From the NCBI GenBank assembly GCA_039586795.1, contig JBDHJS010000007.1, positions 32,001-96,000 on the forward strand: a DNA stretch of 64,000 nt, written 5' to 3'. This document shows positions 9,305-19,560 of the stretch, in pieces (position 1 is the first letter of the stretch; each line of letters opens with the position of its first letter). Source of the DNA: Gemmatimonadota bacterium (GTDB taxonomy: Bacteria; Gemmatimonadota; Gemmatimonadetes; Palauibacterales; KS3-K002). Made by a program: the position numbers and the translations under genes. The notes under the pieces are model-generated. The model did not search any database. It saw only the letters and a program-made list of their open reading frames with translations, and was not told the DNA's origin.

Positions 9305-11527
9305 GTGCGGCCTTTATTATTGCCAGGACCGACTACTCACTCACGGCGCCGACCAAGCGTCGCCGGCGTCTCTGCCGTTTGTTCGCTTTTCCGCTCGAGA
9401 AGTCCGCTCACATTCTTTGCCTTTCTGCTACTCGCAACGACACAGCCGCTCATAGCCCAGTATCCCGGCGACCTGGCAGGACGCGTGACCGATGCGATCA
9501 CCGGCGAACCGGTGGAGAACGCGTTCGTCGAGGTCGTCGGCGCGGGGCTCAGCGCCTATACCGATGGACGCGGCGAGTTCCGGATTCGCGGGTTGGAGTC
9601 CGGCGAACAGACCCTGCGCGTCAGCCGCATGGGGTACGCGCCATCGGAACGCCGGGTCGAAGTTCGCAACGGCGCTTCGACGTGGGTGAACGTGAGCCTC
9701 GGCGTGCAGCCTGTCGAAATCGATGAAATCGCAGTGGAGGCAACGGCCGCGATCGATGCGACCCGCGATGTGATCACCCGGGCCGAAATCGAAAGCAGCG
9801 GTGAGTTGACAGCCGCCGGCTTGATCGAGGGCCGCGCCGGCGTCGTCGTACAGCGACGTGGACCGGGCGCACCACAGACGGTGAGCATCCGCGGAAGCTC
9901 GGCAGACGAAGTGCTGGTGCTACTGGACGGCGCACCGCTCAACGACCCAATCACCGGCGCGGCCGACCTTTCGACGGTGCCCACATCGCAGATTGAGACG
10001 CTGACCGTCCTCCGCGGCAGCCAGTCCGCCATCTATGGCCCGGGCGCCGCCGGTGGCGTCGTGCTCATCGAGTCGCGTATGACTGCACCGCCGTTGGGCC
10101 TGAGCGCCGAGACCGGATCGCTGGGTTACTGGTCAGGTCGAGCCGAAACAAGCGGCCCATTGCTGGGACTCGCCTGGTCGGCCGGTGGCCAGGTCCGACG
10201 AGCGGAAGGCAGTTTCGAGTTCGAGCGACCCCGTGAGTTAGGTGGCGGTCGCGCAACTCGACAGAACGCGGACTACTACGAGGCGGATGGGTTCGCCTCC
10301 GCCGTCGGCGGCCTGGCGAGTGGCGACCTTCGACTGCGCGGCGGTTTCACTCAGTTGGAGCGCGGCGTTCCCGGCCCCAGCTTCTTGCCCACGCCGTCGG
10401 CGCGAGAGGAGCTTACTCGCTGGCGCGGTCAGGTGACATGGGATCGGGTTGCCGGTCGCTTTCGTCATGCCGCTCGGTTGTTCGGCGTGTACCAGGACGT
10501 CCGCTTCGTCGACCCCGCCCCGCCGCAGGGCCTTCCCTATGACAGTCGGACCGAGGCACTGGCGTTGGGTGGCCGGCTGTCGTCGGAGCTCGATCTGCAG
10601 AGCGCCATGCGCTCGCTTTGGAGCGGTGTCGAAGTCCGTGACCAGCGGTACGAGAGTACGGTTCTTGACGCCGCGGCGCCCGGTGGACGGTTCGACTTCG
10701 GTGCCTTTGTCGGCGGCGAGCTCTCTCCGGGTTCTTCGTCGTCAACGCGCTTGGTCGCTGCGTTACGTGTAGATCGTGACGACCTGGCCAAGAGTTGGTA
10801 TCCGACCCACGAGCTGAGCCTGACCGCCGTTGCCGGCCCGGCAACGTTGCGCGCTCGTCACGCCAGCTCATTCAGTCCACCGACCTTTGGAGACCAATTC
10901 TTCAGGGAAGGCATCGCAGTGGAGCCGAATCCGAACCTGAAAGCCGAACGCATACCCAGTGACATCGGACTCGGCGTCTCCGTTGGTGGGAACTTGGGGA
11001 CTACAACCGCCTCGCTCTCTATCGACGGCTACATCGCAGATGTGAAGGACATGATCATCTGGGCTCCCGATTTTCGTTTCGTTTGGAGTCCGCGGAATTT
11101 CGATGTGAAGCGGCGCGGAGTCGATGTCCAGGCGCAACTTGGCTTGCCGGCCAGGAATCTCGAGCTCCACGGCACCTACAGCCTGGCGCGAGTCACATAC
11201 GACCGCCCCGGCGACGACGACGTTCAGGTCATCTATCGGCCACGCCACAGTGGCACGGTCGGATTATCGTGGCAGCCCGGTAGCTGGTTCTTCAGCGCCG
11301 ACGCCCGCTTCGTTGGCACGCGCTACCCGGTGCCGGCGCCGCTCAACGCCCTCGAACCCTTCTGGACATGGGACCTACGACTGCGGCGCAGCTTCGCAGC
11401 TGCCGGCTGGCAGATAACGCCGATGCTCGCGGTCGATCGAGTCTTCGACAACAGGAATTCGCTGATCTTCGGCTACCCCGAGCCCGGCCGCGTCATTCGC
11501 TTCGAGGTCGCGGCAGGACCGCGGTGA
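9305..11527 (+). CDS. btuB: TonB-dependent cobalamin receptor with N-terminal carboxypeptidase-regulatory-like domain
   Basis: GRVTDAITGEPV; plug SIRGSSADEVLVLLDG; LRGSQSAIYG; NPNLKAE; riboswitch upstream; exact start uncertain. Confidence 0.85.
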   Translation: MRPLLLPGPTTHSRRRPSVAGVSAVCSLFRSRSPLTFFAFLLLATTQPLIAQYPGDLAGRVTDAITGEPVENAFVEVVGAGLSAYTDGRGEFRIRGLESGEQTLRVSRMGYAPSERRVEVRNGASTWVNVSLGVQPVEIDEIAVEATAAIDATRDVITRAEIESSGELTAAGLIEGRAGVVVQRRGPGAPQTVSIRGSSADEVLVLLDGAPLNDPITGAADLSTVPTSQIETLTVLRGSQSAIYGPGAAGGVVLIESRMTAPPLGLSAETGSLGYWSGRAETSGPLLGLAWSAGGQVRRAEGSFEFERPRELGGGRATRQNADYYEADGFASAVGGLASGDLRLRGGFTQLERGVPGPSFLPTPSAREELTRWRGQVTWDRVAGRFRHAARLFGVYQDVRFVDPAPPQGLPYDSRTEALALGGRLSSELDLQSAMRSLWSGVEVRDQRYESTVLDAAAPGGRFDFGAFVGGELSPGSSSSTRLVAALRVDRDDLAKSWYPTHELSLTAVAGPATLRARHASSFSPPTFGDQFFREGIAVEPNPNLKAERIPSDIGLGVSVGGNLGTTTASLSIDGYIADVKDMIIWAPDFRFVWSPRNFDVKRRGVDVQAQLGLPARNLELHGTYSLARVTYDRPGDDDVQVIYRPRHSGTVGLSWQPGSWFFSADARFVGTRYPVPAPLNALEPFWTWDLRLRRSFAAAGWQITPMLAVDRVFDNRNSLIFGYPEPGRVIRFEVAAGPR

Positions 11528-11553
11528 AGCGCTATGAGAGAGAGGAGAACGCA

Positions 11554-12594
11554 GTGCACGTTCGGTTAACCCAAACACTGGCCTGGAGCGGGATTCTGCT
11601 ATTGGCCATCGCGTGCGATAACACGCAGCCCCCAGGCCCCGACCCACTTCCTTTGAGGGAGACAGCGGTCATCCTGAATAGTACGGACCTGTCGATCACC
11701 GTCTTTCCCAGCGGATCGGCGTCCGACATCCGCACGATGGGCCTGGCGCCCGCGGGCTCCCCGGTTACCCTAGCGGCGCGACACAATCTCGTCGTTGTAC
11801 CCATGGGCTTTCTTGCCACGGCGGTGGTCGTCGATCTTCTCGAAGACACGGCGTGGACCGTCCCACTGCCCGACAACTCCGGGGCCACCGGAGTCGGTTT
11901 TCGCAATGATTCGATCGTATACGTGGCCAATCCGAACCTGAACACGGTCAGCCGCATCAACGCGTTCGCCGGCGTGCACGAGAACGAAATCGACGTCGGC
12001 GTCTTTCCGCAGGCGGTAGCGGTGGAAGACAGCCTGATATTCGTCCTCAACGGCGAGCTCGAGAACTTCGTACCGGCGCGCCCGGGGTCGATCTCAGTCA
12101 TCGATCCGGCGACCGATTCGGTGGTGGCCACCATCTCTCTCAGCGGGACGAATCCGTCCGCCGCCATGTTCTGGTTTGGCATGCTGTACGTGGTCAACTC
12201 GGGATCATTCGGTCAGGGCGATGGCAGCCTTTCCGTTGTCGACCCGGTCACGCTTCGGGAAGTGGAGCACTATCCAGGCTTCGGCGAATTCCCGGGCGAC
12301 ATAGCGATCAGCATCGGGGGCATCGCGTTTATCAGTTCTTTTGGATACGGCGTCGCCGCTTGGGACGTCGTGGGCGATACATTCATCAATCCGCCGTCCG
12401 ATCCGCTGGTGATAGCAGGAGAGACCATCTCCAGCGGTGTCGGGATAGATGCAGCCGGACTGTTGTACACGTTGATTCCCGGCGACTGCATCGCGCCAAG
12501 CGTCCTGTATCGCGTAGGGGTCGACACGACTTCGGTGAGCACGGGTGCCTGCCCGATCGACATCGCTTTCACCCGGTTCGATGAAAGTGAATAG
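11554..12594 (+). CDS. YncE/BtuG-like beta-propeller lipoprotein
   Basis: GAGGAG SD + GTG; lipobox AIAC; repeats YVANPNLNTVS, SISVIDPATDSVVATI, LYVVNSG. Confidence 0.8.
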   Translation: MHVRLTQTLAWSGILLLAIACDNTQPPGPDPLPLRETAVILNSTDLSITVFPSGSASDIRTMGLAPAGSPVTLAARHNLVVVPMGFLATAVVVDLLEDTAWTVPLPDNSGATGVGFRNDSIVYVANPNLNTVSRINAFAGVHENEIDVGVFPQAVAVEDSLIFVLNGELENFVPARPGSISVIDPATDSVVATISLSGTNPSAAMFWFGMLYVVNSGSFGQGDGSLSVVDPVTLREVEHYPGFGEFPGDIAISIGGIAFISSFGYGVAAWDVVGDTFINPPSDPLVIAGETISSGVGIDAAGLLYTLIPGDCIAPSVLYRVGVDTTSVSTGACPIDIAFTRFDESE

Positions 12595-13471
12595 AATCTC
12601 GCGGTTGCCGCTCATTCTGGTGCTGACTCTCGCAGCCTGTTCGGGGGGCGGGGGAGACTCAGCTCCGGGTGATAGGAGCGCAGCCACGCCTCAGCGAATC
12701 GTCTCGCTCATCCCATCCGCAACCGAAACCATCGTCGCCCTGGGCGCTCTCGACCGGTTGGTGGCGCGCAGCGAGTTCGACGTCGACCCCGCGCTCGCCC
12801 ATCTGCCGTCGGTGGGTGAAGGGCTGACGCCCAGTCTGGAACAGTTGACAGCTTTGCGACCCGACCTGGTGATCGCCTGGCCCGACAACCCATCGCGCTC
12901 GGTTATCGGCAGGCTGGAAGGACTTGGTGTCATCATCTACTCACCCGAAGTGCAAACGCTGGCGGACATTCGCCGGGCAACGACGGATCTCGGCCACATG
13001 CTGGGGTTGGAGCGAGCGGCCGACTCGCTGATCGCATCGATCGATGCGGGACTGGAGGAAGTCCGACGGGCCGTGGCCGGACTGGATCCACCCAGTGTCT
13101 TCTACGTTGTGTGGTACCAACCAGCGACGACGACGGGGTCAGGGACGTACATCGATGAGCTGATCCGGATCGCCGGTGGTCGTAATGTGTTTGCCGACGC
13201 GCCCGGCCTTTGGCCGCAGGTGAGCATGGAGGAAGTGGTTCGACGTCAGCCCGATATCGTCTTGTTGTCGCACACCGAGGATACGCCCACAGATGTCGAT
13301 CGGCTGAGCGCGACGGTCGGCTGGCGCGAGCTTTCGGCTATACGCGAAGGCAATGTCTTCCAGGTGGACGCCAACCTCTACAACCGACCCGGCCCACGGG
13401 TGACGTTAGCGGCCCGCACGCTGGCCCGGCTTCTTCACCCCGAAGCGTTCGAAGGCGCGAGCGAGCGGTGA
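12581..13471 (+). CDS. btuF: Cobalamin ABC transporter substrate-binding lipoprotein
   Basis: Lipobox LAAC; PQRIVSLIPSATE; LRPDLVI; RPGPR. Confidence 0.88.
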   Translation: MKVNRISRLPLILVLTLAACSGGGGDSAPGDRSAATPQRIVSLIPSATETIVALGALDRLVARSEFDVDPALAHLPSVGEGLTPSLEQLTALRPDLVIAWPDNPSRSVIGRLEGLGVIIYSPEVQTLADIRRATTDLGHMLGLERAADSLIASIDAGLEEVRRAVAGLDPPSVFYVVWYQPATTTGSGTYIDELIRIAGGRNVFADAPGLWPQVSMEEVVRRQPDIVLLSHTEDTPTDVDRLSATVGWRELSAIREGNVFQVDANLYNRPGPRVTLAARTLARLLHPEAFEGASER

Positions 13472-14460
13472 GAGCGCTTAACGTCGCTCGTCTGGTCGGC
13501 CTGAGCGCCGCCGTGGCCCTCACAGCGGTGATCAGCATCGCATTCGGCGCCGCCGATCTGCCCCTTCGCGACGTGGTGGCGGCGCTGGCCGGTGGGGGCG
13601 ATGAGACAACGCGTACGATCGTGATTAACCTCCGATTGCCGCGTGCAGCGCTCGCCTTTCTGGTTGGCGGCGCCCTGGCGCTCGCCGGGGCGGTCTACCA
13701 GGCCCTGCTCCGGAACCCATTGGCAGAGCCTTTTCTGCTGGGCGTCTCCGGCGGCGCCGCGATCGGGGCGGTCACAGCAGTCATCCTCGGTTTGAACCTC
13801 ATCGCCACGTGGTCGTTGCCGCTCGCGTCCTTTCTCGGCGCGCTGCTCGCGATCGCGCTGGTCCTCTACATCGCCAGCCGCACGGGTCAGGGTCTCGACA
13901 CACGCGTCTTGTTGCTGACCGGCGTTGTCGTCGGAACGTTCTTCAACGCCGTGATCTTGCTGCTGCTCAGCTTCGCTCCGGCCGAGACGTTCCGCTCGGC
14001 CGTCTTCTGGATGATGGGAAGTCTGGCGGCCGCCGACTGGCCGGCGGTCGTCGTGCTTGCAACCTACCTGGCGCCGGCCGTCATCGCTCTTCTGTTCATG
14101 GCCCGCCCGCTCAACCTGTTGGCGATGGGCGAGGAGACAGCGTTGTACCTGGGCACGCAAGTGGAGCGGGTGAAGTTGGCCGCCTACGTGATCGCATCGC
14201 TTCTTGTTGCCGCCGCTGTGGCGGTGAGCGGTGTTATCGGCTTCGTCGGTCTGGTGATCCCCCACGCCATCCGACTGGTCTGGGGGAGCAATCACCAGTT
14301 TCTGTTACCCGCATCGCTGCTCGCTGGCGGTGCGTTCCTGTTGCTCGCCGATACGGTCGCCCGCACCGCCGCCGCACCGGCCGAGCTGCCGGTGGGCGTG
14401 ATTACGGCCTTGATCGGCGTACCGCTCTTCGTCGTGCTGCTGATCAGGAGGGCCGTATGA
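13468..14460 (+). CDS. btuC: Cobalamin ABC transporter permease (FecCD/BtuC)
   Basis: LRLPRAAL, RNPLAEPFLLGVSGGA, GVIGFVGLVIPH, ELPVG; GTGA overlap with btuF. Confidence 0.9.
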   Translation: MRALNVARLVGLSAAVALTAVISIAFGAADLPLRDVVAALAGGGDETTRTIVINLRLPRAALAFLVGGALALAGAVYQALLRNPLAEPFLLGVSGGAAIGAVTAVILGLNLIATWSLPLASFLGALLAIALVLYIASRTGQGLDTRVLLLTGVVVGTFFNAVILLLLSFAPAETFRSAVFWMMGSLAAADWPAVVVLATYLAPAVIALLFMARPLNLLAMGEETALYLGTQVERVKLAAYVIASLLVAAAVAVSGVIGFVGLVIPHAIRLVWGSNHQFLLPASLLAGGAFLLLADTVARTAAAPAELPVGVITALIGVPLFVVLLIRRAV

Positions 14461-15278
14461 CCGGGACGTCGGCCTTCGAAGTGAGGGGTCTGCGTTTCAG
14501 CTACCCGGGCGCTGCGCGACCGGCGTTGGAAGATGTACGCCTGAGCATCCAGCCCGGTGCACTCTACGCCGTGATCGGCCCGAACGGTTCCGGCAAGTCG
14601 ACGTTGCTGAAACTCCTGCTCGGCGCATTGAAGCCCGAGACGGGCGATGTCTTGTATTCGGGCCGGCCGGTGGAGGAGTGGAGTCGTCGTTCGCTGGCGC
14701 AACGGATCGGCGTGGTGCCGCAAGGCGAAGAGACGGCGTTCCCAGTCACGGTTCGAGAGATGGTGGAGATGGGGCGCTATCCTCACCTCGGGATCCTAGG
14801 TCGTCCAAGCGTGGACGATGTGCGAGCCATTGATGACGCGATGCAGCACTGCGATGTCGACGGTCTTAAAGACCGGCCCATCTCCAGATTGTCCGGCGGC
14901 GAGCGTCAGCGCGCTCTCATCGCTCGAGCGCTTGCTCAAGAGCCGACGACGCTTGTCCTCGACGAGCCTACGGTCTCGCTCGACATCCGTCACGAGATGG
15001 AGATCTTCGAGCTGCTCGCCGAGTTGACGAGCACGCATGGCAAGACCGTCGTCCTAGTCACCCACCACCTCAATCTGGCGGCCCGCTACGCGGATCGATT
15101 GCTGCTGCTCGACGCGGGCCGCCCGATCGCCGAAGGAACGCCGTCCGAGGTGCTCACGCGGGAAACGATCGAGCGGGTCTACCAATGGTCGGTGGCCGTC
15201 GGCGCGCATCCAGGCCCCGGCCGCGACGCGGGAGCGCCACAGGTAACCCCTTTGGCGGGCGAAGAGACCCGCGAATGA
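14457..15278 (+). CDS. btuD: Cobalamin ABC transporter ATP-binding protein
   Basis: GPNGSGKST, LSGGERQR, LDEPT; AGGAGG SD and ATGA overlap. Confidence 0.9.
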   Translation: MTGTSAFEVRGLRFSYPGAARPALEDVRLSIQPGALYAVIGPNGSGKSTLLKLLLGALKPETGDVLYSGRPVEEWSRRSLAQRIGVVPQGEETAFPVTVREMVEMGRYPHLGILGRPSVDDVRAIDDAMQHCDVDGLKDRPISRLSGGERQRALIARALAQEPTTLVLDEPTVSLDIRHEMEIFELLAELTSTHGKTVVLVTHHLNLAARYADRLLLLDAGRPIAEGTPSEVLTRETIERVYQWSVAVGAHPGPGRDAGAPQVTPLAGEETRE

Positions 15279-15296
15279 ACTCGTTATCGGGGAACT

Positions 15297-15887
15297 CTAG
15301 CGTGAGCCACCCGGCGTGAAAGGCGGTGGCACACGCTGGCTCTCGTACCAGAAGGCGCCGGGGAAGTCGGCTTCTTTCTGATTCTTCTTGCCGCTCCAGC
15401 TTTCGATCTCGATGCGGTGCACCGAAGTGCGATCCAGTTCTTCCTGATTGGCCGGTCGGTAGTCGCGGCCCGGCTTCAAGTGCGGGGCGTACTTGTCCAT
15501 GAGCATCTGCAAGGCGCGAGCTTTTTTGGCATCGTCTTCCACGACGCTGCCGCGTCCGAACACCGTCACGCTGGCGTATTCCACGCTGAACTCGAGAGCG
15601 ACCTTGTCTGGTAGAATCCGACCCATTTCGCTAACGCTGAAACAGACCTTCGCTCCGCTTTCCAAGTTCGACCGCGTGCGGCCAACGCGAGCGCCGTGCA
15701 CGTAGATGACGTTTGACTCCTCGTCATAGACGTAGTTCTGCGTGTTGATGAACGGCTGTCCGTCAGCTACCGTGGCCAGCGCTCCCCAGGCACCCGAGTG
15801 CAAGAAAGCGCGGATCCAGTCTTCGTCTTGGGCCCTATCGCGGCGTCGCATTTCATTGATCGATTGATCGCTTCGATTCCCGGGCAT
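15297..15887 (-). CDS. Pyridoxamine 5'-phosphate oxidase-like flavin-binding protein (NimA-related)
   Basis: MRRRDR, IYVHGA, VCFSV, YASVTVFG, WSGKKN. Confidence 0.85.
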   Translation of the reverse strand: MPGNRSDQSINEMRRRDRAQDEDWIRAFLHSGAWGALATVADGQPFINTQNYVYDEESNVIYVHGARVGRTRSNLESGAKVCFSVSEMGRILPDKVALEFSVEYASVTVFGRGSVVEDDAKKARALQMLMDKYAPHLKPGRDYRPANQEELDRTSVHRIEIESWSGKKNQKEADFPGAFWYESQRVPPPFTPGGSR

Positions 15888-15920
15888 TCCGTCCTCCTGT
15901 GGCTCGGCGATGTCTTATCT

Positions 15921-15951
15921 ATAGGCGTCCGATCGACCCCACAAGTTGGAA
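15921..15951 (-). promoter_or_regulatory. Candidate ECF sigma promoter (weaker copy)
   Basis: Minus strand TTCCAACT-N17-GCCT, same spacing as the sites at 49268 and 57212. Confidence 0.4.
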
Positions 15952-16061
15952 TCATTCCAGCGTTGTTATGCAAACGGTGGAGTGGTAGCTTCACAGCGTC
16001 GCAGCCACCCACCGCCCCGAGACGGAGGCATGCACTCCTTCTCAAAGAAGGGCTCGCAGCG

Positions 16062-18368
16062 GTGAAGACTTTCCTCACCGAACTGAAGCGACGCCGCGTC
16101 TACCGCGTTGCCGTCGTGTACGCTGCCGTCGCCTTCGTGATATGGCAGGCGGCTGAGATCGCCTTTCCCGCACTGCGTCTCCCGGACTGGACGCTCACCC
16201 TGGTTGTTGTGCTGACCCTCGTGGGCTTCCCCATCGCCTTGATCCTCGCCTGGGCGTTCGACATCACGCCGGAAGGTGTCCAACGTACAGGACCTGACGA
16301 GCCCGACGCGGCTGAGGCTCATCATCGTTGGCCCATGGCCCTGACACTTCTGGCAGTCGTGCTGCTCCTGGTCGGCGCGGCCTTCTGGTGGGTCCGCCCT
16401 CGTATCCTGGGCCCGGTGAACCCGGACGCTCAGGTGATCGCCGTGCTCCCCTTCAACACGTCCGGCCCCGGCGTCGAGCTGCTCGGCGAAGGGATGGTCG
16501 ACCTGTTTTCGACCAACCTCAACAACGTGGGCGGAATTCGTAGCGTCGACTCGCGAACCGTGATGAACCGCTGGCAGCAGCGTGCCACTGACGGGACACT
16601 CGACATGGAGGGCGCGCTCGACCTGGGACGCGACGTGCACGCGGGCTCCGTCCTATTGGGCAGCGTGGTATCCACCGGTCCCGAGGTCCGCCTGACGGCC
16701 GAGCTGTACTCGGTGCGCGGTGGCGAGCTAGCGCGCGCCCAAGTGGATGGCCCTGTAGACAGCGTCCTTGCGCTGGTGGACGAGCTTGGAATCGATCTGC
16801 TGAGAGAGATCTGGCTAGCACGCGAGCCGCTACCTCACCTACGGGTGAGCGCTATCACTACCGCGTCTGTTGAAGCGATTCGTGCTTACCTGGAGGGCAT
16901 GCAGCACTATCGCCGCTCCGAATGGGATTCGGCGATCGTCGCGCTTCAGGCTGCCGTCGAAGAGGACTCCGCTTTCGCGCTGGCTCATCACAAGCTTGCC
17001 ACTGCCTACGGATGGAGCACGCGGCACGGCATGTACTCCCCGGGTACTTACCGCCACAGCGCGGCGGCGCTCCGTAACATCGAACGCCTGCCGACCCGCG
17101 AACGCACTTTGCTGGTGGGCAACTACATGCACGAGCGGGGTGAGCCGGCAGCACTCGATACCTTTGAGACCTATGTCGCCTCCTACCCTGACGATCCGGA
17201 GGGCTGGTTCCAACTGGCCGACGTGCGATTCCACGCACAGCACATCTACGGCTTCGATCTCGAGACGCTCTATTCAGGTTTTGAGCGCGTGCTGAAACTC
17301 GACCCCTCGTATTCCCCGGCCGCGTTCCATCTTCTGCAATTGAGCCTCGCTTACAACGACAGCTCACGCTACTACCGGTATCTCGGCGAGTACGAAACGG
17401 CTGGGGCCGACGAATCGCTCGTCGAGCTCTTCGCTGTATCGACGGCGCTGTGGACTCGACCGGACTCTCTTCTGGAAGTCTTCTCCTTGGTATGGGAAGA
17501 CGGCCATGCCGGGAGCTTGCCCTTCTGGTTTGTCCAGGCGACCTACACATCGGATGCTATCGCTCCTGGCGACCTGATCGACTCTCTCGACCCTGCAGCT
17601 CCGCTGCCGGCGGTGCCTGACATGTATCTCGAGTACCGGTATTGGCTGGGATTCTGGTGCCTTGCCGGGCTTGGACAGCTCGACGACGCTAGACCGTGGC
17701 TTGACAGGCTGGCAGCCGCTTCGCAGGCCGGCCGGTATGCTAGCCTGTGGCCGGTTTTCGCAGGGCTCGCCGACTCCGCCTATGCTGCGGAAGCGCTGCG
17801 CCTCACCCGGGAGCCTCCTCGGCTACCAGCAGACCGCCCGATCCGTGCCTACTTCCGAATGCTGTTCGCCCTGAGCCAGGGGGACACTCCGACCGCCAGA
17901 CAGTGGGCGGAACAAGCGCTGGTCCCGGACTCAGTGATCGACCCCGACGTGATGGGCGGCCTTGTACGAGCTGGACTTGGTTGGGCCGACTTGCTCGACG
18001 GCGACACGCTTTCCGCTCTACGGAAGCTCGATGAAGGGATCGAGAATGCTGGATACGGCCCGATAGCTATGATGATGGGAACACAGCAGCGCTTCGTTCG
18101 GGGCGCCGCGCTCGCCGCTCGCGCGGATACACGCGACCGCGGCATCCGTTTGCTGCGCTATAGTCTCACGATGGATGTGATTCACTTGCCGCTGGTCTAC
18201 CTGGTCATCGGTCAAGCGCTGGAACAAGAGGGCGATATCGCCGGAGCGATCCAAGCCTACTCTCGTTTCGTTCGACTCTGGGAAGACGCCGATCCCGAAC
18301 TGCAGCCGCGAGTCGAGACCGCGCGACGTGCCCTCGCACGATTGACCGCCGAAGGCTCCTCGCCCTGA
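16062..18368 (+). CDS. Membrane-anchored TolB-N-like/TPR protein
   Basis: GTG start; ELKRRRVYRVAVVY plus 3 TM; IAVLPF; TTASVEAIRAYLEG; TPR-like helices; RFVRLWEDADPELQPRV. Confidence 0.8.
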   Translation: MKTFLTELKRRRVYRVAVVYAAVAFVIWQAAEIAFPALRLPDWTLTLVVVLTLVGFPIALILAWAFDITPEGVQRTGPDEPDAAEAHHRWPMALTLLAVVLLLVGAAFWWVRPRILGPVNPDAQVIAVLPFNTSGPGVELLGEGMVDLFSTNLNNVGGIRSVDSRTVMNRWQQRATDGTLDMEGALDLGRDVHAGSVLLGSVVSTGPEVRLTAELYSVRGGELARAQVDGPVDSVLALVDELGIDLLREIWLAREPLPHLRVSAITTASVEAIRAYLEGMQHYRRSEWDSAIVALQAAVEEDSAFALAHHKLATAYGWSTRHGMYSPGTYRHSAAALRNIERLPTRERTLLVGNYMHERGEPAALDTFETYVASYPDDPEGWFQLADVRFHAQHIYGFDLETLYSGFERVLKLDPSYSPAAFHLLQLSLAYNDSSRYYRYLGEYETAGADESLVELFAVSTALWTRPDSLLEVFSLVWEDGHAGSLPFWFVQATYTSDAIAPGDLIDSLDPAAPLPAVPDMYLEYRYWLGFWCLAGLGQLDDARPWLDRLAAASQAGRYASLWPVFAGLADSAYAAEALRLTREPPRLPADRPIRAYFRMLFALSQGDTPTARQWAEQALVPDSVIDPDVMGGLVRAGLGWADLLDGDTLSALRKLDEGIENAGYGPIAMMMGTQQRFVRGAALAARADTRDRGIRLLRYSLTMDVIHLPLVYLVIGQALEQEGDIAGAIQAYSRFVRLWEDADPELQPRVETARRALARLTAEGSSP

Positions 18369-18436
18369 ACAACAAGCCTTCCTGGGAATCAGTCGACATT
18401 GTCCTTCCGCGCTCTGCCCGGTAGCTTTGCCGTCCT

Positions 18437-19144
18437 ATGAATAGAGGCCAGATCTGCGCCGGGACTTCCGGCTTCTCGTATCCGGAATGGAAGGGCTCGT
18501 TCTATCCGGAGAAGCTGCCCCAAAAGAGGTTCCTCGAATACTACGCTGGCAAGTTCTCGACCGTCGAGATCAACAACACGTTCTATCGCTTCCCACGGTC
18601 AAGCCTGCTGGAAGGGTGGCGCGATGGAACGCCCGATGGCTTCACTTTCGCCGTGAAGGCGAACCAAGGGATCACTCACAAAGGTCGCTTGCGCGAAGTC
18701 GAGGAGCTGACTCGAGACTTCATCGAGCGATGCAAGTTGCTGGGGGGCAAACTCGGCCCGATCCTCTTTCAGTTGCCTCCCAATTTCAAACGCGATGACG
18801 AGCGCCTGGCGGATTTCCTGGACGCACTCGACCCACGCATGCGTTTCGCCTTCGAATTCCGTCACGCAAGCTGGTTCGATGACGCCGTGTTCGCGATGCT
18901 GTCCGACTCGGGAGCGGCGCTCTGTCTCTCGGAAGGCGATAAACTGGACACGCCACGTGTCGCCACCGGAGAGTTCGTGTACGCTCGGCTGCGCAAAGAG
19001 GAATACACGGACGCAGAGCTAGCCGACTGGCACGTCTGGATGAGCGAGCAGGCGGCGACGGGGCGAGATGTCTTCGCCTACCTGAAACACGACGAAGAGG
19101 GCGAATCGCCGGAATACGTCCTGCGGTTGCTGGCCGGGGGCTAG
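18437..19144 (+). CDS. DUF72 (YecE-like) protein
   Basis: GTSGFSYPEWKGSFYP, TVEINNTFY, LFQLPP, EFRHASW. Confidence 0.92.
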   Translation: MNRGQICAGTSGFSYPEWKGSFYPEKLPQKRFLEYYAGKFSTVEINNTFYRFPRSSLLEGWRDGTPDGFTFAVKANQGITHKGRLREVEELTRDFIERCKLLGGKLGPILFQLPPNFKRDDERLADFLDALDPRMRFAFEFRHASWFDDAVFAMLSDSGAALCLSEGDKLDTPRVATGEFVYARLRKEEYTDAELADWHVWMSEQAATGRDVFAYLKHDEEGESPEYVLRLLAGG

Positions 19145-19262
19145 ACAGGGCTAACGCTTGCCGGAGGGGAGCCCGGGCCTCACATTACCCGGCCTGTCGC
19201 CCATGCCGGCGCTGAGCCGGCGCCGAGCCGGGCGACTGCAAAGCCACAGGGAGGACAACAAT

Positions 19263-19457
19263 ATGGGCGGGATTTATCGTTCGCTCTACTACGCCGATGT
19301 GACGGTGGGCAGCGGCGGCAGACTCACCATTCCTCAGGAGATCCGCGAGGATCTCAGGATCGAGGACGGAAATACCCTGACGCTCAGGGTGGAAGAGAGC
19401 CCGGACGGCCAGCGCCAGATGGTGATCTGGAAGGCTGCCCAGCAACCCGACGAATAG
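19263..19457 (+). CDS. AbrB/MazE/SpoVT family DNA-binding protein
   Basis: GGAGG SD; VTVGSGGRLTIPQEIREDLRIEDG. Confidence 0.8.
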   Translation: MGGIYRSLYYADVTVGSGGRLTIPQEIREDLRIEDGNTLTLRVEESPDGQRQMVIWKAAQQPDE

Positions 19458-19560
19458 ACCCCACCTCCCGACCCGCCTGCGACGGCGAACAAAAAGCCGC
19501 CAGGCGCCGGATCACTGCCGCGCGCCGGGCGGCCGAATGAAGAGCCGCGCTCCTTGATGT

